From a virus (taxonomy: Duplodnaviria > Caudoviricetes): a stretch of DNA of 36,067 bases. Below are positions 21,601 through 28,165 of the stretch, one piece after another (position 1 is the first letter of the stretch; every line of letters begins with the position of its first letter). A program made the position numbers and the translations under genes. Location of the stretch: IMG/VR virus record IMGVR_UViG_3300025137_000117, positions 1 through 36,067 of that record. One strand, 5' to 3'. The notes under the pieces were generated by a model that had not been told where the DNA came from, searched no databases, and saw only the letters and a list, made by a program, of their open reading frames with translations.

Positions 21601-23591
21601 TTGATTCCGGTTCATATATCGGGGCTAACGAGCAAGTGCTGTCTTTGGACGGGGTTCCTGTTTATGGATTTAATAGGGCTTGGCAAAATAGACAGGACAT
21701 TGATTCCTCTATCGTTATAGATAATACATTCCCAACTGATGGTGCTGATTTATATCCAAAAGATAAAAACAAGTGGACTATTATGCCTAAGTGGGAATGT
21801 CCGATATTGGACTTCCCTACAGATATTGGACAGACACCACACGACTTTAGCGCATCCGTTGAGCCCGGTACGCACGAGCCAAAAGTTGAGGGGATGTGGC
21901 ATCAATATGGAACGATGCCTTCTGGTTCAACAGAAGGAATCTTTATGTATATTTCTGACGTTTCGCTCGATTCAACTGAGCTTAGACTCTTGGGTAATCC
22001 AACAGGGTCGGGAGCACAGCGAACAAGAGAAGCAGCAGGAACATTCTTATCTGGAACTGCAACGGTTCAAACCGTCAAAAAGGTACCGAAGTTTGTTATT
22101 GACGCAGGAAGAGAAGTTGACTCGTTAGCTAGACTGGTAGGATTTAAGGAAGATGATATTCAAGTTCCTGGCGCTTTCCTACCATCGAAGGCAAGAAGGC
22201 TTGGTACACTAGCAGAGAATAACGAAAAAGTTATTTCAGAAGCTATTATAGCAATGCCGTATTATATGGATCCTTCGTCACAGCAGATGAGAGTTATGAC
22301 CTTAAAGGGTAATGGGACTGCTTTAGGACCTAAGCTAAAAGAGTTTAGGCGTGCGTTTACAAAATATTCTTTACCGCCATCGCTTAAAAAACAACTTTCT
22401 AATTTATTGCCGCCGAACTATCCCAAGGTTTCTTCCTATATTAATCCATTTGGCGGCGACGATTACGACTCCTTACTATCATCAGATAGGGAGGCTAGTG
22501 TCCCGCTTGTATACTTGATGGAACATAGTGTTGCGCTCTCAAGACAAGACCTAGCGGATATCTGGCAAGGAATTATGCCTGACATCGCAGCTTCCATGAA
22601 ATCAAGTGTATCAGCTATTGACCATTATATGCCTGGTGACGCAGCTTCAGCCGCTGGGTCTAAGACGGTCTTCCCCGAACTTTTGTTAAAAGAGTTAGAA
22701 CTTGGGCTATCAAGAAATGGGCACCCAAGAGTTGATATGTTAGATATGCCAGCAGAGGGCAAGCTTGATGGCTTTATTCCTGAAATAAGGTGGATGGTTT
22801 ACAGAGTTAAGCAAAGGGGTGTAGAAACCTTTTCAAGGTTTATATCTGAGGAGCTAAATGGACCAGAGGCACTTTCTTATGATAGTGTGTTCGGTGTCAT
22901 AGCTGAAAACCTACCGGAAGAACAAAAAGAATTCTTGAGACGTAAGAAAGCATCATATACTAAGGGGCTCTTTGTCAGCGAGGAATTAGGGCTTGGTGGA
23001 AATACTTATAACTGGCCTTATGATTATTTCTCTCTAATTGAGTTGGGTAAAATGTCTATGAAGGTAGGATTTAGACCAGAACTAGAAAGAGAAATTGAGG
23101 ATATTTCCGAAGAACAGGAAAATAACTCTAGAAGCCGTGCTGTCCGCCAACAACAACAAGCAGTCGCAGCCAGAGAAGAAGACAAGAGAATGGCAACACC
23201 TGCACCAACGCCAGTAATTCAAACGTCTTCTCCGGTTGTTCCTGCATTGGCACCGCCTATCCCACAGTTACCAGAAGGTGCAGTATTGATAGAACAGCCG
23301 CCACTAATAGAAGGACCAGAGGCTTTGCCACAGGAGCAGCCCCAAATGGATCCCAATATGGACGAACAACCTTTGATACCGGAAAATTTTGATGTAAGCA
23401 AAGTTCCAGAACAATATAGACAACAATTTCAAAATATGACGCCTGCACAAATGGAGCGCCAACGCTCAGAAGAAATGTCTAAAGCAAGTGAGCAACAGCA
23501 AGCTCCACCTAGCTTTACTCCTCCCAGACCACCAAGAGGTGGTGGTAGTGGCGGCAGTGGCGGCGGTGGATCCGGAGGCGGAGGTTACTGA
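12681..23591 (+). CDS. Giant (3636 aa) baseplate/receptor-binding protein with two LamG/concanavalin-like domains and a gp7/gpI-like wedge motif
   Basis: ATGA overlap with the upstream gene. LamG-like 1 at ~13185-13880 (STVEFF...WNQFAFV...FYING...SGSIDEFRFW...YYKFNEG). KSKGNEKAIRNFIRCFG at ~14445-14495 resembles the KGT motif of P2 gpI / T4 gp7. LamG-like 2 at ~14720-15490 (FTAEAEF...WNIALSV...LRYW...LALHWDF). Low-complexity C-terminus. Confidence 0.75.
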   Translation: MSIKKLFEQSKQSTAVGKYLKKSAIGDLSGGIESAHHLSESLRRRDEFIPSLDYGDPAQFAKYGSAEKYYENAFNHILQNYPYDGSKYEKEKFYNELNPLEKFILNERYPKSTGFVNIGTNYGTATSHSSHYFSSAKTEYIQVKGGPHSGTLYSANYRQNNLEFGGPSGSTVEFFLSKSAIPGGGAVVTTESPRQVIFDLWNGVRTGSVEDDEVNGCFGNLRIELSKSLEDRFLVTMLSGAKGYVTQSIPTTGNIGNYITGSGWNQFAFVFNTSESSPTIDFYINGVCHEAGIAAAGHQAGQISLVTGTLIGNIGALRNEPSGVAGPVEGYGKLSGSIDEFRFWKSARSGEQVGRNWFTDINGGSNTQNANVSLGVYYKFNEGISGTGSVDNLVLDYSGRISNGNWTGYAAGARDTGSAITLQSLTQSIASRTEVEDPIIFPSASVITVRRDELKQIGEQHDRTNTAYVLNSVPDWIVEEDARFGSELKNVTQIMANYFDTLHSQISSLTKIKAMDYVSGSATGSINEFPYNDRLVENLGMEAPELFENADLLAHFLKRGNDINFEQDLSSIKNTLYKNLYNNLNHIFKSKGNEKAIRNFIRCFGVDEDVLNLSIYSDNSTYKLETNYRADTSNKKYADFTGLFKRESSDATIYQYPNPDLPESYGIISGSSGSVTLIDFGFTAEAEFVFPNRNEIETLSYTPVQVVTSSLFGWHTPRGEDKLLSSSTDTSWMFAQHDSGLQVVAIKSASQMAEVLSPAHKVKDVFFKVLDRHNNVILTSSVFTNAYDNQKWNIALSVHPKRFPFAQNSSSNANVHDGYDLDFYAVNYDSGIKRNSLYATASLTYKSGSDIVSGPKRFYMGAARTDFSGTVVTASDVRGSSLRYWTDVLSTGTIDMHARSVDNYGRFNPTRQAYTDQKYNPGIYIPQIETLALHWDFADITGSDPSGRFNVNDFSSGSLDSGSKGSVYWASPQHINYRQYTGRGDHFPASSTPIRKELLYTDRMELPEYAISSDMIKLKNIDDEAYAPLMRPERLYYAIEKSMYRSVSERMLHLFSSVEELNNLIGDPVNRYRPNYKAMEKLRQIFFSKVGNTPDLQKYLDYYQWVDMSLGQMLEQLFPASVKFAPGVRNVIESHLLERAKFKYTFMGNRKDNSPQSVGQNSPQAPVISNITLEDAPPAGQTPIKPVVNMNPNKPVLPPKNVTNPKKIKNVSKDGNVQQPLGWEVNHAPLPSSLPRENQNTFWWMTRAERYHPTISQSNPGVMESRQAILKQAQSFYLPRGIVTISGEVPQEVQVTNADVGNQKETKQEVGVAGVSFGTFDEPPQGDMDLDEKELIPNLKSTRTLSASIEGRDVDGKSVLPFTPVSSTVTTGYQKQLQSAGITNTDFANLHVRPAAVQTPFTLAHVGGQQSRQAPVGAKFDASKTVRKESYELEVAGDGGGSFETNKTGPTPKGQYKRGSGASRPVNIENIQTSTGSIAPEGGVQVIGNYTKNYEIVNISNRDDTNIDFTFHSDQYFTGSDDSLSIAALTNGKMPTAFLTSVSRRAAGFTGSVDYQAPRQRSDVRVNKTVIVDRFSSPGSKLDSKQLFRDGPSDQYSPNNALPFRNIDVRQKHNTLLKRHTGWGGFQTASLNTLLTRHDSTDLTPFNEGVVVPPTALYGDDLSEHTASLVAIHKTQRNTILRPKFVSGNLNDPANQEMYTTGALRDNAFITRPIPDGDRLSWFMRLSHSQGTVGDWPGRNYGDNFDKFILSSSRFPADITIYSSSIAASELDRLYPAAALKMSGVFRNKSNAFQYIWEANGLGGWVPWTQTRFGQYTNKGLFNSRQNLYTIDASKITLQSEEVEFPTGKRLIATTKAESVSDLEKSIVSAYDRSLNDGGTIIGGNRVSHNVGKKYKEPILTSRYKPIIHQIKTYRGSANSTENKSVDVTLRYSYGNELQGFANRGLNIDLGNKQSFKLGAIKRPYEVLRDTFVDNVDPSTDGVELIKMMSYEETIYPKEIYTYLSSSRTRNVYKNNFWRSDIATGSATKRPAGAPADVFIIKTFTGIPDLIDEGNIEEYNNSWERRQIATADQSAIGILPGVRSTFGYQYTMDEQYPTGTFGSDASGNNGWAPPLEPTAYGVVGGEGQGFGTASMWPLDSFYYSEQYSSDTLNLDYNTPLGLPTGTFSGTNIGTPLMFAMASTLPAGELMMPHHGIVMSGNAANTGSERGGIRWNTSSINTSQYIYTVPTEVLRVTDLANRSSKFIADARAVGGALTRPAWTAGRIRKFVDGPKRRAQAPARFPWYNSYEDWCSEVKNKGKEYTIIPEYRISTLMPKYKELGNFASSLSAALDITGATPNISGEPFNSVDEDFFPRYATSDVAEYLKTFMAKDSKDSQFNKAPRHLEIKSDAIMKMLPYDGFYPVLRTLELATLFSKSYDNCVIYEGEGYTNGAPNYKDFLPDADPTGIKVQRAFRTLSRPFFAPGIIYNSIKAGMAVSYPIIRKGMSALQSCSIQDPLHGHLSESILWSYATGGPLPTGTSEAAITIPGGRRRRKEGPADNFDFFKLDAGVAGDQLKDQSRGAPHNMFYSDVIPFEGIFKPLEHISDAKRAVVLADINPVMYNELTASIPTSGNIVTFTYEDGESEVAVTATFQADDDLYRLGMSNFMANIPPFFLKEQKDGGFLSKFVAEIPTRAPADNPAGAAPAQQTEARTVTVSKNKAYIMEIGVKQTERHMMYSNPAAFGPATATGSFDWNEMLCAGPGATTALTAIEYGVGATASLEPNNFDPNLIDGNFIGITGSVEDGTEARVTFIFDKSQTNPARASATEYTVGVSGVGDPVGLGGRIAAAISLARANGNLFMRADADASTGVVKLTQQFKTALFNAKEIVGNAVTPGALNAGVTAQGPFFGGQTPSTFTIATAEQSGGVPQGREWPYHRAEFAPFTPAYYYGPSIVRITYTPRENGNVTLEDILSGENLFVEYNNENGYYYDFDSGSYIGANEQVLSLDGVPVYGFNRAWQNRQDIDSSIVIDNTFPTDGADLYPKDKNKWTIMPKWECPILDFPTDIGQTPHDFSASVEPGTHEPKVEGMWHQYGTMPSGSTEGIFMYISDVSLDSTELRLLGNPTGSGAQRTREAAGTFLSGTATVQTVKKVPKFVIDAGREVDSLARLVGFKEDDIQVPGAFLPSKARRLGTLAENNEKVISEAIIAMPYYMDPSSQQMRVMTLKGNGTALGPKLKEFRRAFTKYSLPPSLKKQLSNLLPPNYPKVSSYINPFGGDDYDSLLSSDREASVPLVYLMEHSVALSRQDLADIWQGIMPDIAASMKSSVSAIDHYMPGDAASAAGSKTVFPELLLKELELGLSRNGHPRVDMLDMPAEGKLDGFIPEIRWMVYRVKQRGVETFSRFISEELNGPEALSYDSVFGVIAENLPEEQKEFLRRKKASYTKGLFVSEELGLGGNTYNWPYDYFSLIELGKMSMKVGFRPELEREIEDISEEQENNSRSRAVRQQQQAVAAREEDKRMATPAPTPVIQTSSPVVPALAPPIPQLPEGAVLIEQPPLIEGPEALPQEQPQMDPNMDEQPLIPENFDVSKVPEQYRQQFQNMTPAQMERQRSEEMSKASEQQQAPPSFTPPRPPRGGGSGGSGGGGSGGGGY
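23538..23588 (+). repeat. Gly/Ser low-complexity coding repeat (GGN-rich) at the end of the giant gene
   Basis: ggtggtggtagtggcggcagtggcggcggtggatccggaggcggaggttac encodes GGGSGGSGGGGSGGGGY. Confidence 0.85.
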
Positions 23592-24613
23592 TGTCTAAAT
23601 TTCTAGATCGAAAAGAGCAAGTAATAGATATAGAGCTTACCGCTCATGGTAGATCTGCTTTTTCTTTGGGTAAATTTGTGCCTAAATATTATTCGTTTCA
23701 CGACGATGATATCTTATACGATAGCGAATATGGACCAAGCGGCAGCATAAAGAACAGTCACCCCAAGGTTGATGAAGAAATTCAAAATGACATAGTTGAG
23801 AGAGTTAAGACAACCCCACGAGTATCAATCATAAGTGACAGTGGTTGGTTGAAAAATTATAAGTTCTTTACGGCGAGTGGGGATGAAGCTCAAAGAAATA
23901 CAAACATAGCTTCTCCTAATCCAGACCAAATTTCACCGGCAACAGCAAAATTTGTTAGAACAATAGGAACCAGTAGTCCGTTTGTAAACTTTATGCCAGC
24001 CTGGGAAATAAAAACAATGAATGGCAGCGAGCCTTTATCTGTTTCTGGAACAGAGAATTTTCCATATAGAAGTGGGGCCTCTGGTTCTGAAGTTATTGTT
24101 CCATTTTTCTCTTCAAGTTTACCATTAGAATATGATATTAATGAGATAACAATTAATATTGATGGTAATGATGTTGTTATAGAGGAGGGTGGGAGAGAAG
24201 TAACAAGAAGAATATATGAGTTGACTAATGAAGGAACTCTTATTCTTGATGTTGAGGAGCTAAACACCTTGTTTAAGGGTAACGGCAATTTTGATATTGA
24301 AGTATTCCGGGCACCCGCCGGCGAAGGAAACCAGGTAAGGAATCTAAAACGGTTAAGTTTCATTAACGATAATTTTACAGATTCATTTAGTATGAGGCTG
24401 CAAGAGGACCCTGATGAATATGCTAGAGTTTTGTCTGGGGATGATGAGATAATTGCAAAAGATATTCCTAAGATTGATCCTAGTTATGTTGAGTATTTCT
24501 TATCGATTAAAGTTGATAATGAAATTGATGGATTAGAAGACGCCAAGGTTAGAGGTGAGACACTTTACCAAGGCGGTGCTAGTGACCCTGTTGATCCTTG
24601 TGAGGATGTTTGA
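23591..24613 (+). CDS. Probable structural protein whose N-terminus is paralogous to 31624..32664
   Basis: TGATG overlap. FLDRKEQVIDIELTAHGRSAFSLGKFVPKYYSFHDDDILYD aligns by eye with FLDNSGDIILDAVLTDTGRKRLAAGDGSFRIAKFAFGDDEIDY. Confidence 0.7.
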   Translation: MSKFLDRKEQVIDIELTAHGRSAFSLGKFVPKYYSFHDDDILYDSEYGPSGSIKNSHPKVDEEIQNDIVERVKTTPRVSIISDSGWLKNYKFFTASGDEAQRNTNIASPNPDQISPATAKFVRTIGTSSPFVNFMPAWEIKTMNGSEPLSVSGTENFPYRSGASGSEVIVPFFSSSLPLEYDINEITINIDGNDVVIEEGGREVTRRIYELTNEGTLILDVEELNTLFKGNGNFDIEVFRAPAGEGNQVRNLKRLSFINDNFTDSFSMRLQEDPDEYARVLSGDDEIIAKDIPKIDPSYVEYFLSIKVDNEIDGLEDAKVRGETLYQGGASDPVDPCEDV

Positions 24614-24615
24614 TA

Positions 24616-27600
24616 ATGCCAAACGAAGTAGCACAGAACCAAAATAATTTCTTTCCCTCAAGGGTTGTTGGGCTTCAGGAACGGACAAGCCTTACATACT
24701 TAAGTTCTCCTTTCCCTTCTGTGGTAGTAGAATCAGCAGAAATTTCTAATGATATAAAAACCATTGGGGAACAAAGCGGTCAAGAAACTATAACAATAAA
24801 AATCCAAGCGTCAGCCTGTGAAGCAATATTGGAGTCCCTAGTAGAACAGCAGGGATTTACAAGGTGGTATGATACTGCAAACTATATTGATAATATGAGA
24901 GTTAGAGTGATCGCCTGTTTTGGCGATCAGGGAGACGAACTTGATTTTATTGCACAAAGAATGAACGAGTATCAAGCAGACCTTATGACAATAAAGGGCG
25001 AAGCAGATGCTGATAATTTTTTCTCTCAACTAACGAATTTACTAGGTTCTAATAATTACTCTCTTTTATCTCCTTCGGGTCCGTTTGGTTCTAACAAAAT
25101 ACTACAAACTATTAAGAATAGTGGCGGTGATAAAATATATTACAGCAACGGGTCTAAAAATAGAGGAATAATTTTACACGATATACCTTTAAGCAACGCA
25201 ATTCAAAGAAACAAAACCGGAAAAGCTTTGCTAAGCAAGAAAACAACTCTTGTCAAGAAAAATACTGCTGCACTTGGTTCATCTGAATTACCAGCCTATG
25301 TTCTACAAAAAATTCTTTTGAATCCAATTGTCTTTAAGATAGGGTCTAAGGAACAATATACGAACACAGACCTTAGTAAGATGAGGTTTTATGCTTTTAC
25401 TTATATGGATAATCAAGCTTTCTTAGAATCTCAAAAAATAAATATACCTTCTGTTCCAGGCGCAGAAGATTTGTTGCTTGAGACAGGACTTAGCTTTATC
25501 AAAAAAGCAGTGTTTAAAGGGATAGAATATTCGTTTAAACCCCAGGCGTCATCTCCTTTCATCACAAATGATATTGTAACTACAGAAGAAAGCTTACCAG
25601 CTATAGCTAAAAAATTAGAAGATGTTCGAAACTATCAGTCGCTAGAGAAATTAGATATTAAGACAATTTTAAACAACACTGCTGATAAAGTAATAAGAAG
25701 TATGAGCCAGGGACTTGAATTTTCAGATGTTGTAAAAAATAATAACTTCTTTTCTGAGTTGTGGATAACCCGCTGCGAAAATGATAATGCCAGGTTTGGA
25801 TTTGTTTTTGACAAAGTAGCGTTTCTTAGCGAAAATAGTGACATTCCCTATCTCTATGAGAACATAAGCACTGCCGTCGATTTAATTAATGGCGACGGTG
25901 ATTTTAATTTAGAAGAGCATGAGACAACTAAATGTTTAGATGTTGTAATGTCTAAGAGACAAGTTAAAGAACAGGGAACTGTAGGTGTAAATGATTTAAC
26001 TTTAGCTCGTCAAAAAATTGAAGAATCTTATTATAGACCAGAGGAAATTATCCCATCCCCTGTAAACTTAGAGTCTGTAGCTGCTCAATTGAGCCCTATA
26101 TTTCCAAAAAGAATGGCATTCTACGAAGGCTATGACACATACGAAGAAAAATTAAAAACTCAAACAGGGGGCATATTTCAATATGCAGCATCCTTTAATA
26201 TATACGACCCGTCGTTAAACTATCTTCAAAAGTTTGTAAAACGATTGTCTTTATTATCTTTGCGAGCTTACAATGCTTATGATATGATTGTTAATTCGCC
26301 ACCATCTGATAATGAAATAGGAAACGACTTAGGATTAGTTTCTGATGGGGTTGGGTTATATGATCCAGACAATAATGAAAGGCTCGTAGGATTATCTTCA
26401 ATTGCATTTGACGGTCAACCGCTAATAGAAGTATTGGAAAAAGATATTACAGAATATGTAAATTTATTTACTAAAATGTCCGGTCCAAGTAATCTTAGCA
26501 ATGATGCTTTGGTAACATCATTTTTATCCTTGGTCAAGAGAAAAAACCCATACGGTATTAAAGAATATGCCGACATTATAGAATCTTTTAAAAGATCCTT
26601 GGAACAAGTCCTTGAAACTAAGGCACCTAAAGATCCTCATGGAGAATCAACAACAAGCCTCCAGAAAATTTCCGGTAATAGTAAACAAAGGAATGTAAAC
26701 ATTCTGACTATAAAAAAATACTTTGATGAACTATTTGATTTTGGCAAGGAGTTTGGAACAGGCTATTTATATTTGTCAGACCAAGAAGCTGGTGATATAG
26801 ACAATCCTGCCGGGCTACCAACATTTTCAAAAAGCTTTTTTGATGCCCGACGATCTGAAGAATTTAATAAATATTTTTCAAATTACATTGAGCCTGGTTC
26901 TACATCACAACAAGTGACTGTAGAGAATACTCCGTATGATCTTTCAAGCTATCAGTATTTTTCCCCTAAGGCAATTCAGGTATTTGGAAAACCAACCTTA
27001 GTTCAGACAGACTACAAATCAACAAATCAAAATATTGTTTCTTACGATTTGGATCGTTACGCTGAAATGTTTTCTGACATTATAAGAAAAGAACACCTTT
27101 CTAACAAGGGGGACCTTCATTTTGTATCTGTAGAAAATCAAGACCCAGGCACCAGAGGTGTGTACAATAGCGTGAACAATATGCTATTTGAGCATGGCTG
27201 CCAAATATCAGAAGGAACAGAGCAACAGTTCACTATCCCTAGCCCAGGCAATGCAACCCGCAGAGTTATAAATGTTGGCGTATCAGAGCTTAATGAAAAG
27301 ATGGACGAATCGCCTCGTGCAGTTGCTGCTATTCTTGGTGGAGAGTTTGACACTGATGAGGAAGCAATTAAGTTTTTGAACAAAACAGAACAAAAAATAA
27401 ACCCTGCAACTACTGGGTCGTTCGGAGCCATAGAAGATCCCGCAGCAATTGATAAATCTGTTCTTGCAACACCACCAGCAGGACTACCGCCGATAAAGAT
27501 ATCATTTGCCATTCTTGGGGAACTCGAACTAGACCCAGTTGCTGATAACATATCTTATATGGCAGAGACATTTAATTCAATGGTGAAAAATATCAATGAC

Positions 27601-28164
27601 CTTGGAATAGACCAGACAAGTATACAATCTTCTATAGAAACAATTTATTCGTCTATACCAAATCAATATAAGGCAATGTTTGTTTTGGCTGCTTCACAAA
27701 CAAGAAATTCACTTGGGACTGGGTTTGACGTAGTTAGGCCATCTTTACAGGAATCGGATACTGCACCATTTAAAGATTCTATTTCATATATTTCTGAAGA
27801 CAACGATTTTCCGCCTTTTAAGTCTACACGAGACCCAATGAAGACGTATGCAAAGTTTTTAGCTTTCTGGATGAATTATAAACAAATAGGAGTTATTGAA
27901 TACTTATCTGGATTTGAAAATCTTGAAACGTCCTCATTTGGAATAACTTTAGATTCTGAAGATCCTTCTTATTCTCGCAAACCTTTGAGACCGATGTGGA
28001 AGAAATTTACACCAGAATTCTATAATGGAAGCTCTTCAGCAAGCTTCTTGTGTCGTGTAAGAAACATATCAAAAGATGATATTAATAGTGTAATTGACGT
28101 GGACAAAAAAGACTTGTTTGACTTGCCTATATACAATAGATATTTTATGCTGAGAGGAAGATAA
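24616..28164 (+). CDS. Large hypothetical, probably virion structural, protein (~1182 aa)
   Basis: Long ORF inside the coupled structural run. The ATG at 24616 (SD GAGGA 24602-24606) is preferred over the TTG at 24610. No family recognised. Confidence 0.65.
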   Translation: MPNEVAQNQNNFFPSRVVGLQERTSLTYLSSPFPSVVVESAEISNDIKTIGEQSGQETITIKIQASACEAILESLVEQQGFTRWYDTANYIDNMRVRVIACFGDQGDELDFIAQRMNEYQADLMTIKGEADADNFFSQLTNLLGSNNYSLLSPSGPFGSNKILQTIKNSGGDKIYYSNGSKNRGIILHDIPLSNAIQRNKTGKALLSKKTTLVKKNTAALGSSELPAYVLQKILLNPIVFKIGSKEQYTNTDLSKMRFYAFTYMDNQAFLESQKINIPSVPGAEDLLLETGLSFIKKAVFKGIEYSFKPQASSPFITNDIVTTEESLPAIAKKLEDVRNYQSLEKLDIKTILNNTADKVIRSMSQGLEFSDVVKNNNFFSELWITRCENDNARFGFVFDKVAFLSENSDIPYLYENISTAVDLINGDGDFNLEEHETTKCLDVVMSKRQVKEQGTVGVNDLTLARQKIEESYYRPEEIIPSPVNLESVAAQLSPIFPKRMAFYEGYDTYEEKLKTQTGGIFQYAASFNIYDPSLNYLQKFVKRLSLLSLRAYNAYDMIVNSPPSDNEIGNDLGLVSDGVGLYDPDNNERLVGLSSIAFDGQPLIEVLEKDITEYVNLFTKMSGPSNLSNDALVTSFLSLVKRKNPYGIKEYADIIESFKRSLEQVLETKAPKDPHGESTTSLQKISGNSKQRNVNILTIKKYFDELFDFGKEFGTGYLYLSDQEAGDIDNPAGLPTFSKSFFDARRSEEFNKYFSNYIEPGSTSQQVTVENTPYDLSSYQYFSPKAIQVFGKPTLVQTDYKSTNQNIVSYDLDRYAEMFSDIIRKEHLSNKGDLHFVSVENQDPGTRGVYNSVNNMLFEHGCQISEGTEQQFTIPSPGNATRRVINVGVSELNEKMDESPRAVAAILGGEFDTDEEAIKFLNKTEQKINPATTGSFGAIEDPAAIDKSVLATPPAGLPPIKISFAILGELELDPVADNISYMAETFNSMVKNINDLGIDQTSIQSSIETIYSSIPNQYKAMFVLAASQTRNSLGTGFDVVRPSLQESDTAPFKDSISYISEDNDFPPFKSTRDPMKTYAKFLAFWMNYKQIGVIEYLSGFENLETSSFGITLDSEDPSYSRKPLRPMWKKFTPEFYNGSSSASFLCRVRNISKDDINSVIDVDKKDLFDLPIYNRYFMLRGR

Positions 28165-28165
28165 A

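Noticed and set aside
23538-23588. Synthetic (GGGGS)n linker or vector contamination (contains a GGATCC site)
   Set aside because: It is contiguous with native low-complexity coding sequence and coupled to the next gene by TGATG, with no other vector features.
219-23591. Extracellular contractile injection system (eCIS/Afp/PVC), tailocin or T6SS locus
   Set aside because: It shares spike, LysM, gp25 and J-like genes, but no AAA ATPase or T6SS membrane components are seen. The gp6 is T4-like, and the run continues into phage-type RuvC and HAD genes. A phage is more parsimonious, though head genes are outside the window.
12681-23591. Intein, intron or diversity-generating retroelement target in the giant gene
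   Set aside because: I saw no intein-like C...HN-[CST] boundaries or LAGLIDADG motifs, no reverse transcriptase, and no near-identical TR/VR repeat pair.
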